This document shows, one piece after another, positions 38,901-50,900 of a stretch of 64,000 nt of DNA. The notes below the pieces were generated by a model. That model did no database searches and was not told the origin of the DNA. It saw only the letters and a program-made list of their open reading frames with translations. The DNA is from Macrostomum hystrix. Lineage: Eukaryota > Animalia > Platyhelminthes. Where the stretch lies: NCBI GenBank assembly GCA_950097015.1, contig CATNEN010000001.1, forward strand, positions 9,486,001-9,550,000, written 5' to 3'. Both the position numbers and the translations under genes were made by a program. The first letter of the stretch is position 1. The number at the start of each line of letters is the position of its first letter.

Positions 38901-41900
38901 TATCAGAACTATCAGAACTACCAGAACTACCAGAACTACCAGAACTATCAGAACTACCAGAACTACCAGACCTATCAGAACTACCAGAACTACCAGAACT
39001 ACCAGAACTATCAGAACTACCAGAACTATCAGAACTACCAGAACTACCTGGACTACCAGAACTATCAGAACTACCAGAACTACCAGACCTATCAGAACTA
39101 CCAGAACTACCAGAACTACCAGAACTACCAGAACTATCAGAACTACCTGGACTACCAGAACTATCAGAACTACCAGAACTACCAGACCTATCAGAACTAC
39201 CAGAACTACCAGAACTACCAGAACTATCAGAACTACCAGAACTATCAGAACTACCAGAACTACCAGACCTATCAGAACTACCAGAACTACCAGAACTACC
39301 AGAACTATCAGAACTACCAGAACTATCAGAACTACCAGAACTACCTGGACTACCTGAACTATCAGAACTACCAGAACTACCAGACCTATCAGAACTACCA
39401 GAACTATCAGAACTACCAGAACTACCAGAACTACCAGAACTACCAGAACTACCAGAACTACCAGAACTACCAGAATGTTCCATTCAACGACCAGCAGTCA
39501 CTTGCAAATAACTTTTTCGTCACATATCGCCCAGTCTACAAAGCTTACCGAGCTTCGATATGCCAATCTCCTCCAGATCCTCCCAGGCCATGTTGGCCAG
39601 ATGCTGCACCATCGCAAAGCCCTGGGCGCGCAGACAAGACGCCAAAGTTTCGGGCAAGCCCAAGTGTCGACAAAATTCGGCAACATCGTCAACTGGTCGA
39701 GCACAAGATGCGGCGTCTTCAATAGGATCTGGTAGGCCGGAGGTTCGAATCTGGTAGGCCAGACGGCCAAGCTCCTGTTTTAATCTCTTCCTGTGCCTGG
39801 GATCCGTCAGGCCAACAGCGTTCAGATCCTCAGGGGTGCAGCGAATCAGCGTGGCAATATCGTAGCCAGCCTCCAAAAAGTTTTCCTTATAAAGGCCAAA
39901 CTGGCAGGCGTTGAGAAATTTGGTCAACTGCTGGTCATTGCTTAGACCGGCTCTGACCCAGTCTTCAGGATGGTACTGCGGCGGGGGCTCCGACAGATGA
40001 CCTCCTTGATCGCCAGTTGAACTAACCGAAGACGCGCCATCGTCGGGCAAACTTCCCAGACTGCCAGATGAACAGGTGCTGACGATGCTTTGGCGCGGTC
40101 CAAGGCAGCCACCTGCAGCCGTGGCGACGCTGCAAGCTGAAGCCCCAGAAGATGCGGTCAATGTGCCAGAGACTGTCAAACGAGCAGCGTTGCAGCTAGT
40201 TGACGGCGGTAGAGCGAATGCGACCTTGAGATGTAGTTGGTTGAGTTTTTTAGTTTAAAACATTTTTAACTTCTTTTGCATAAACGAATCGTCTACTTAA
40301 AGTAAAAGCAAATGCGTCTCTACGCTGCTTTTATTAAAACTACCAACTTAAAAATACAATTTTAACATCCTAACTATTTTACATTATTCAGTGCTATACC
40401 CAGTAAAATAAATAATAAAACAATTGAAGCTTGATTTCCATACTAAACACCAAATAAATATTTTTACCATCGTTGATATTAATAGTTTGTAAAACTGTAA
40501 AACACAATACTTTTTAATATATCTAATGATATTGTTAAAATCATAACAGATCTTATCTAAATCAACATATTGTGTCTGTCACTTTAAAAAAGGAAGTTAA
40601 AAACTTAAAAAAATAAAAAAATTAAAAAATTCTACTAACTGGCAAAACATTATTAAGTCGGAAACAAAAAAATATAATTCTCGAATGGCTAAATCAGCTA
40701 TATAAACAGCTGGTATACCCCTTTTACTTTAGGGGCCGAGTAGCTCAGTTGGTTAGAGCGTCGTGCTGATAACGCGAAGGTCGAGGGTTCGACCCCCTCC
40801 CCGGCCATATAATTTTTTACCGCTTTTATTGCTTAACTCGAACAATAACCACTATTGTGAATTTTTCCTGTTTTTACAAATAATTCTTACGCGAGAATCG
40901 CAACTCGTCGCAGTGTGGGAACTACTTCGTCCGCTGTCAAGGCTGGCCGCACTATTCCGATTGCCGCCGCTACCGCTGACGATGCCAGGTGGCGACGAAG
41001 ATCCCACGCTAGCCGTGGAAGAATCCGACACTGCCATCGTGGTTGACGACTGCGTGGATGAGGGCAGCGCTATTGTCGGCGGCTGCGGAATAGAACAAGC
41101 TACTAGACCTTCTGAGTGTCCCGCAGCAGGATGTGGCTGCTGATGATACTGATAGATTCCAGTCGATGACTGAATACTTGACGGAGGACTGATCATAGGT
41201 CTCTGTGTCTGCTGTGGAAGCTGCTGCTGCTGCTGATGCTGCTGTTGCGGCTCATCAGCTTGATGCCGAGCAGCTAGAAGCTGCACAGCGCTGGCAGGAA
41301 AATAGCCAGCCATTGACATGCCCTGGGTGGTCACAAAGCCCTTCCAGATTTCACCGGCGCGCTCTAGGACTGTGAGTCGTTCGCCGCAGCGAAACGCAAT
41401 GCTGTGAGGATCGGCAAGGTCGCAGAAGTCGCGCGTGGCGATCGCCTCCACCGCCGACAGGCGCTCTGTTTAGTTTTAATGTTTTGTTTATATGTGTTTT
41501 TCAATACATATCGGATGGGTATCTTCGCTGGAGAATTTCTAAACATATCTGTTGGTAAAAAATCAACGTAAATCAACGTATTTTTGGTCCAAAAATGGAT
41601 TGCAGTATTTTCAACGAAACGAATTAATGTTAATAAATTTTGGAATGACAAAATAATATTTTTGTTACGAAATAAAAAAATAAGTAAAAAATATATTTAT
41701 GCCCTATGCACACTACTGACAGAAGTTATAATTCTGTAAATTTTACTTAGCTCCATTTTGTATGCAACAACAATGAAGTTCAAAAGACATTCGCTTGCCT
41801 AAGCAAAGTTATAAAATTCGATTCGTCATTCTAGACGACTTTAAAAACAACTTTTTAGGATGATTTTTGTCCTTTTTACTAAAATTTCAGTTTACCTAAA

Positions 41901-44900
41901 TGTCAAATAACAACAGTTGTGTCGCCAGTTCAACTTTACAGAAAAGTTCATAGGTTTTTTTACTTTTAAGTGAACTCTTTTCAAACAGAAATCTTATCGC
42001 TTCGCCCTGATTGCAAATCTGCCATCTGTCTGAGACAGCGTCAGCTTTGCAGAAAAATATTCTAAGCATAATATTTTTTCACCTATTTTATCTGACAAAA
42101 TAAATAGATAAATCTAATTCGGTTAAGACTTTGACTTCCTGCATGCTTTTAGACTAGTGTTGTTACTCTTAGACAGAACTGTTAGACAGAACTGTTAGAC
42201 ATGACTGTTAGACAGAACTGTTAGACAGAACTGTTAGACAGAACTGTTAGACATGACTGTTAGACAGAACTGTTAGACAGAACTGTTAGACAGAACTGTT
42301 AGACATGACTGTTAGACAGAACTGTTAGACAGAACTGTTAGACAGAACTGTTAGACATGACTGTTAGACAGAACTGTTAGACAGAGCTGTTAGACAGAGC
42401 TGTTAGACAGAACTGTTAGACAGAGCTGTTAGACAGAACTGTTAGACAGAACTGTTAGACAGAACTGTTAGACAGAAGTGTTAGACAGAACTGTTAGACA
42501 GGATTTTTTGACAGGGCTGGTGTACACAACTGTCAGATAAGTCGGTCTAGTGTTTGACAATAAGCAAGAGTTAACTTTTTACTAGCCTCTAGCACTCATA
42601 TTGTACTTTAATTGGCTGTATAATTATGCATTCGAGAACGAAAAAAACGGTTGTAAACCATACGTTGTTTATAGTTGCAAGCCCTGTTCTATAGAAAGAA
42701 AATGCACAATGATGCCAGAAGCAATAAATATGTGAATTGATGTTCTAGAACAGATACGGATTCTATAAATATCTATAGAAGCCAGTCCACGATTATAAGG
42801 GTCCAATATTTACAATGCCAAAGCTTCGTAAAATCATGGTTTTGACTTTAAACACAGAGCTTTTGCTGTTCTCGAAAAAGACACGGGAGACACAGGAGAG
42901 ATGAGACACGGGAGAGATGAGACCCGGGAGAGATGAGAGACGGGAGGGATGAGACACGGGAGGGATGAGACACTGGAGAGATGAGACACTGGAGAGATGA
43001 GACACGGGAGAGATGAGACACTGGAGAGATGAGACTCGGGAGAGATGAGACACGGGAGGGATGAGACACGGGAGAGATGAGACACTGGAGAGATGAGACA
43101 CGGTAGAGATGAGACACGGGAGATGAGACACAGGTGAGATGAGATATAAATTAGCAGCCGCACACACCCGTATGATAGAAGGCATCTCGCACTCAATCAG
43201 TAAAAATTGTAAACATCAGTAAACATACACCTAAAAGTTACTCACCGGACAGCATCTGGTCCAGTTCCCTGGCGTGCGGAGTGTCCCTGGTGATGAAATC
43301 TCGAGCCGTCTGACCGGCGGTATTTTGCAGTGTTGGGTCGATGCCCTGCTGCAAAAATAAATGGACATAATCGTCCATGTACTTTCCATCCAGTCTTTAC
43401 CATAGACGGTTGCATGAAAATTGTATCGCACACAGATCGAATACCAGTTTTTCCCCTAGACTTTTTAAAAGAACACGAGGAGGATGATATTTATGTGGAC
43501 CACCCATATAGATTCGATGGTCTAAAAAAGTTGTAACTTATAAACTATGAACCCACCGTACAACCTAAAGCAGATTGTAAATCTAATTTATCTTTTTTAT
43601 AACATTTTTTGACGAACGAATTAATAGGTATAAAACTTTGTTAAATTACATTTATAGATGGGTCTCTAGACTAACGGGGGTAGATTTGGTTGGACAAGAA
43701 ATTCCACTTTTAGCTTGCTGTATAACCCTGAACTACATATTTTTTTCTGCTGAAGTGGCTCTAGTTTTGCTTTGTTTATAAACCTATAGAAAGCATTTCA
43801 GATCCTTTTAATTGAACCCTGACTGGATCTAACGTTTTTAGAAGTTATCGAACCTTCCAGATCAGAACTAGATGCTTACTGTACGGATTTGGTTACTATG
43901 GTAACGACTCAAACTTAAACTGCTCGCTCTGGGTGGCTTGTAGGGCAGCACTAACTGCTTCTGCTGCTGCTGCTGCTGCTGATTGTGGCTAGCCATTAGA
44001 ACTGGACTATTAACAAACACGGCATTACTGCTTCCAATAGAACTGTTTAGGCTGCTAATGCTGCTGCCGCTACTGGTCGACAGCCGACCTTGGTACGGTT
44101 GGACTGTGGCAAAACTCGACGAACATTGAGAGGATGCTCTCTCGGCTGCTGTACGGAGTCGCAGCTTGACCGTGTCCAACTTTAACGGACCCAGCGGTGG
44201 CGGAATTTCAAATGGCAACGGCAACAATTGCTGCTGTTGCTGCTGCTGCTGCTGTTGTTGATGCTGTTGTTGATGCTGTTGTTGATGCTGTATCGACGAA
44301 TCGCTGACATGTCGACCAGTTTTACTGATAAACTGTCGCCTATGAGGTGGCGGCGGTGGCGGCTGCTGCGGCCGAGTTGAAGCTGTTGACATCAAAGACG
44401 GCTTATCATCAAGGAACTCCATTGGCGGTGGCAGCGGAAGGTCATCGTCCTCGCCGCCGACGACACACTGGTGACAACTTTTACTATCTATTGGCTTGGA
44501 CATAATTTTATTTAGTCAGTTATTGGACTCCAGCTGCTGCAGTATTGGAGTTGGTATTTATTTGTGCAGAGTACAACTGCAATGTGCTCTCAAATCGGCC
44601 TGTCCTTCTCTCTCTCTATTTTTCTTTTTTTCGTAGCTCGCTCTCTTCACAGCGTCTTAATTGAAAGAGCGGCAAATCGGTGCTAACGCTATTACCCTAC
44701 CTCTATATGCAGCATTTTCTTACCCCCTGTACACACTGCAGTATCAAAAGTTTAGTGCGCAGTTCAAAGCATACTAACTCGTAGATGCTTGAGCAATGGT
44801 TTAAGCTCTGAATAGCTCCTCGCCATTCTTATAAGCAACAGCGAAACTCATATTTGGACTAATCTGCGCAAATTGCTAAATATGCTTCATCCACTCTAGC

Positions 44901-47900
44901 CTATAGTAGTTCACTATGCACATACACTTAGTGTATTCGACAAAGATTGATATTGTAGAGTGAATAGAGCACAGAGAAAGAGACAAAACGAATGCATATT
45001 ACTGAGTAAATTGGGACTATTTTAAGCTTTAAAAGAATTTTATCAAGCGAATTAATAAATGCCTTTATCTTTTGTTTTTTTGTTTTCTTTTTACGGTTTT
45101 TTTTAACACCAACAATTAACGATTGTCTGTTGCCAACGTTTTTCCTAGAAAATTTCAATTTAGCACGTATTTTCAAGGGTATTTTAGGGTCAGTCGTTAT
45201 CATACCCTGATCCTTCAGGTGTGTCAGTCACTATCCTTTGATCCTTCAGGTGTGTCAGTCACTATCCCCTGATCCTTCAGGTGTGTCAGTCACTATCCTT
45301 TGATCCTTCAGGTGTGTCAGTCACTATCCCCTGATCCTTCAGGTGTGTCAATCATTATCCCCTGATCCTTCAGGTGTGTCAATCATTATCACCCGATCCT
45401 TCAGGTCTGTCTACTCATTATCCTCTGATCCTTCAGGTCTGTCTACTCATTATCCCCTGATCCTTCAGGTCTGTCTACTCATTATCCCCTGATCCTTCAG
45501 GTGTGTCTACTCATTATCCCCTGATCCTTCAGGTGTGTCTACTCATTATCCCCTGATCCATCAGGTGTGTCACTCATTATCCCCTGATCCTTCAGGTCTG
45601 TCTACTCATTATCCCCTGATCCTTCAGGTCTGTCTACTCATTATCCCCTGATCCTTCAGGTCTGTCTACTTATTATCCCCTGATCCTTCAGGTGTGTCAA
45701 TCATTATCCCCTGATCCTTCAGGTCTGTCTACTCATTATCCCCTGATCCTTCAGGTCTGTCTACTCATTATCCCCTGATCCTTCAGGTCTGTGTACTCAT
45801 TATCCCCTGATCCTTCAGGTCTGTCTACTCATTATCCCCTGATCCTTCAGGTGTGTCTACTCATTATCCCCTGATCCATCAGGTGTGTCACTCATTATCC
45901 CCTGATCCTTCAGGTGTGTCAATCATTATCCCCTGATCCTTCAGGTGTGTCAATCATTATCAGCCGATCCTTCAGGTCTGTCTACTCATTATCCTCTGAT
46001 CCTTCAGGTGTGTCAGTCACTATCCTTTGATCCTTCAGGTGTGTCAGTCACTATCCTTTGATCCTTCAGGTGTGTCAGTCACTATCCTCTGATCCTTCAG
46101 GTGTGTCAGTCACTATCCCCTGATCCTTCAGGTGTGTCAGTCACTATCCTTTGATCCTTCAGGTCTGTCTACTCATTATCCCCTGATCTTTCAGGTCTGT
46201 CTACTCATTATCCCCTGATCCTTCAGGTCTGTCTACTCATTATCCCCTGATCCTTCAGGTCTGTCTACTCATTATCCCCTGGTTCAAGCTCTGAATAGCT
46301 CCTCGCCATTCTTATAAGCCTCATTATCCCCTGATCCTTCAGGTCTGTCTACTCATTATTTCCTGATCTTTCAGGTCTGTCTACTCATTATCCCCTGATC
46401 ATTCAGGTGTGTCACTCATTATCCCCTGATCCTTCAGGTGTGTCACTCATTATCCCCTGATCCAACAGATGTGTCAATCATTATCCCCTGATCCTTCAGG
46501 TCTGTCTACTCATTATCCCCTGATCCTTCAGGTCTGTCTACTCATTATCCCCTGATCCTTCAGGTGTGTCACTCATTATCCCCTGATCCTTCAGGTCTGT
46601 CTACTCATTATCCCCTGATCCTTCAGGTCTGTCTACTCATTATCCCCTGATCCTTCAGGTCTGTCTACTCATTATCCCCTGATCCTTCAGGTGTGTCACT
46701 CATTATCCCCTGATCCTTCAGGTCTGTCGACTCATTATCCCCTGATCCTTCAGGTCTGTCTACTCATTATCCCCTGATCCTTCAGGTGTGTCACTCATTA
46801 TCCCCTGATCCTTCAGGTCTGTCTACTATTATCAGTTAAATTTTTGGCAAAACTGATCGCTAATCCTTCTCAAAGCACTCTGTCTGACTTATATCGCAAT
46901 TTATGAATAGAAGCGCCTAGTATCTCATAGCCACTCGATACATTACTCCACATGACTCATCACTCCAACTAGAGAGAAGTTTATAGTCACACAGAACAAA
47001 ATGGGATATTTTCGAGTGGCTATTCCGTCTCGCCACAGAAGTAAATTGAATTCCCCAAATAGGAGTTCTGGCAAAAGCTAACTTGCATACACTTAGATTG
47101 GTCAGGCAGGCTGTATTGGCGATACATTTTATAATCTGACAAAGCTATGTAGGTTACGAATTTGGCCGAGTGACTCATCGAAAACTTATAGACGAACTTG
47201 TAAATTGGGATCTTAAAAAACCTCATTTTCGCTGAATTAGAAACTTTTATATTGATGCGAATATTTTTAGTGACTGAAGCTGATACAGTGTATCGATGCA
47301 AACTTTGTTTTTTCAAACTTCAATTTTTTAGAGTTTTAAATTATCATCTTTAGGATTTGCATAAAAATTTTTCGTGGAAAAAAATTATTTGTATTGCAAT
47401 CTTTTGCCTGGATGATTCAAAGAAATTGTGCAGCGTTAATCCGTCATAGGAAATGCTTAAATGCGGAAAAGCTTTTGGGAAAATGTTATGTGATGATTAA
47501 ATACGATTAAATATTTAAATATTCTATTTTCTGTTACTGAGTGATAAAGACTTGATTCTAGATCAAATAATTATCCCTAAATCCAGTGATTATCCTGAAA
47601 CCCAACGAATATAACTTGATCAAAAAATTATCCCTAGATCAAATATTAATCGCTAGATCCAATGATACTAGGTACTTTAATAAAATGGATCTCCCTAGAT
47701 ACATTGATTGTCCCAAAATCCATTTATTATCCCTAAATATAATGATTATCCCTAGATCCAAAATAATCTTAGATTCTAGGCTCATCACTAGGATTTGAAA
47801 TAATATCTTCGCAGATCCTCACATTAAAGATAGAACTATCCAAGATCCTCAAATTAACGATAGAATTATCCCAGATCCTCATATTAACGATAGAATTATC

Positions 47901-50900
47901 AAAGATCCTCAAATTAACGATAGAATTATCCCAGATCCTCAAATTAACGATAGAATTATCCCAGATCCTCATATTAACGATAGAACTATCCCAGATACTC
48001 AAATGAACGATAGAATTATCCCAGATCTTCAAATTAGCAATAGAATCATCCCAGATCCTCATATTAACGATAGAATTATCCCAGATCCTCAAATTAACGA
48101 TAGAATTATCCCAGATCCTCATTATAACGATAGAATTATCCCAGATCCTCATTATAACGATAGAATTATCCCAGATCCTCATATTAACGATAGAATTATC
48201 CCAGATCCTCATTATAACGATAGAATTATCCGAGATCCTCAAATTAAAGATTAAATTATCCAAGATCCTCATTATAACGATAGAACTATCCCAGATCCTC
48301 ATATTAACGATGGAATTATCCCAGATCCTCATATTAACGATAGAATTATCCCAGATACTCACATTAACGATAGAATTATCCCAGATCCTCATATTAACGA
48401 TAGAACTATCCCAGATACTCACATTAACGATAGAATTATCCCAGATCCTCAAATTAACGATAGAATTATCCCAGATACTCATATTAACGATAGAATTATC
48501 CCAGATCCTCATATTAACGATAGAATTATCCCAGATCCTCATATTAACGATAGAATTATCCCAGATCCTCATATTAACGATAGAATTATCCCAGATCCTC
48601 AAATAACGATAGAACTATCCCAGATCCTCATATTAACGATAGAACTATCCCAGATCCTCATATTAACGATAGAATTATCCCAGATCCTCAAATAACGATA
48701 GAACTATCCCAGATCCTCATATTAACGATAGAATTATCCCAGATACCCATATTAACGATAGAACTATCCCAGATCCTCATATTAACGATAGAACTATCCC
48801 AGATACTCACATTAACGATAGAATTATCCCAGATCCTCAAATTAACGATAGAACGATCCCAGATACTCACATTAACGATAGAACTATCCCAGATCCTCAA
48901 ATTGACGATAGAACTATCCCAGATACTCACATTAACGATAGAATTATCCCAGATCTTCAAATGAACGATAGAATTATCCGAGATCCTCAAATTAACGATA
49001 GAATTATCCCAGATCCTCAAATTAACGATAGAACTATCCCAGATACTCACATTAACGATAGAATTATCCCAGATCCTCAAATTAACGATAGAACGATCCC
49101 AGATACTCACATTAACGATAGAACTATCCCAGATCCTCAAATTAACGATAGAACTATCCCAGATACTCACATTAACGATAGAATTATCCCAGATCCTCAA
49201 ATGAACGATAGAATTATCCCAGATCCTCATATTAACGATAGAATTATCCCAGATACTCACATTAACGATAGAATTATCCCAGATCCTCAAATTAACGATA
49301 GAATTATCCCAGATCCTCATTATAACGATAGAATTATCCCAGATCCTCATATTAACGATAGAATTATCCCAGATCCTCACATTAACGATAGAATTATCCC
49401 AGATCCTCAAATTAACGATAGAATTATCCCAGATCCTCAAATAACGATAGAACTATCCCAGACCCTCATATTAACGATAGAATTATCCCAGATCCTCATA
49501 TTAACGATAGAATTATCTCAGATCCTCAAATTAACGATAGAATTATCCCAGATACTCATATTAAAGATAGAATTATCCCAGATCCTCAAATTAACGATAG
49601 AATTATCCCAGATCCTCAAATTAACGATAGAATTATCCCAGATCCTCATATTAACGATAGAATTATCCCAGATCCTCAAATTAACGATAGAATTATCCCA
49701 GATCCTCAAATTAACGATAGAATTATCCCAGATCCTCATTTAATCGTCCATAAAAACCAACCTCGAGCAGCAGTCGTGCAGTGTCCAGGTGTCCGTTGGC
49801 AACCGCCAAATGCAGACAGGAGCCCTGTTGAGTCAGTCGGTTGATATTTACTCCCGGCTGGCTTAGCAAAAGTCTGCAATATTTGATTCAAGTGTGAACG
49901 AGTTTTTAAATACAAGCGAAGAAAGTTAGATTTAGTTCAGATTCAACCCAATCCCATAGGAAATCAATTTACATTTTCACATTTTAATTATTTAATCTAA
50001 TGTGTATCGATTTGAAGTAGATCCAACCAGAAGCAGGCCCTCGTGAGAAGTAGACACTGATGAGAAGTAGACACTGATGAGAAGTAGACACTGATGAGAA
50101 GTAGACACTGATGAGAAGTAGACACTGATGAGAAGTAGACACTGATGAGAAGTAGACACTGATGAAAAGTAGACACTGATGAGAAGTAGACACTGATGAG
50201 AAGTAGACACTGATGAAAAGTAGACAACGATGAGAAGTAGACACTGATGAGAAGTAGACACTGATGAGAAGTAGACACTGATGAGAAGTAGACACTGATG
50301 AGAAGTAGACAACGATGAGAAGTAGACACTGATGAGAAGTAGACACTGATGAGAAGTAGACACTGATGAGAAGTAGACACTGATGAGAAGTAGACACTGA
50401 TGAGAAGTAGACAATGATGAGAAGTAGACACTGATGAGAAGTAGACACTGATGAGAAGTAGACACTGATGAGAAGTAGACACTGATGAGAAGTAGACACT
50501 GATGAGAAGTAGACACTGATGAGAAGTAGACACTGATGAGAAGTAGACAACGATGAGAAGTAGACACTGATGAGAAGTAGACACTGATGAGAAGTAGACA
50601 CTGATGAGAAGTAGACACTGATGAGAAGTAGACACTGATGAGAAGTAGACAATGATGAGAAGTAGACACTGATGAGAAGTAGACACTGATGAGAAGTAGA
50701 CACTGATGAGAAGTAGACACTGATGAGAAGTAGACACTGATGAGAAGTAGACAATGATGAGAAGTAGACACTGATGAGAAGTAGACACTGATGAGAAGTA
50801 GACACTGATGAGAAGTAGACACTGATGAGAAGTAGACACTGATGAGAAGTAGACACTGATGAGAAATAGACACTGATGAGAAATAGACACTGATGGGAAG

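Noticed and set aside
36670-39511. 937/940-aa Ser-Gly or Glu-Leu-Pro repeat proteins
   Set aside because: Pure 9-bp tandem repeat inside a caskin intron; the open frames follow from the unit lacking stop codons.
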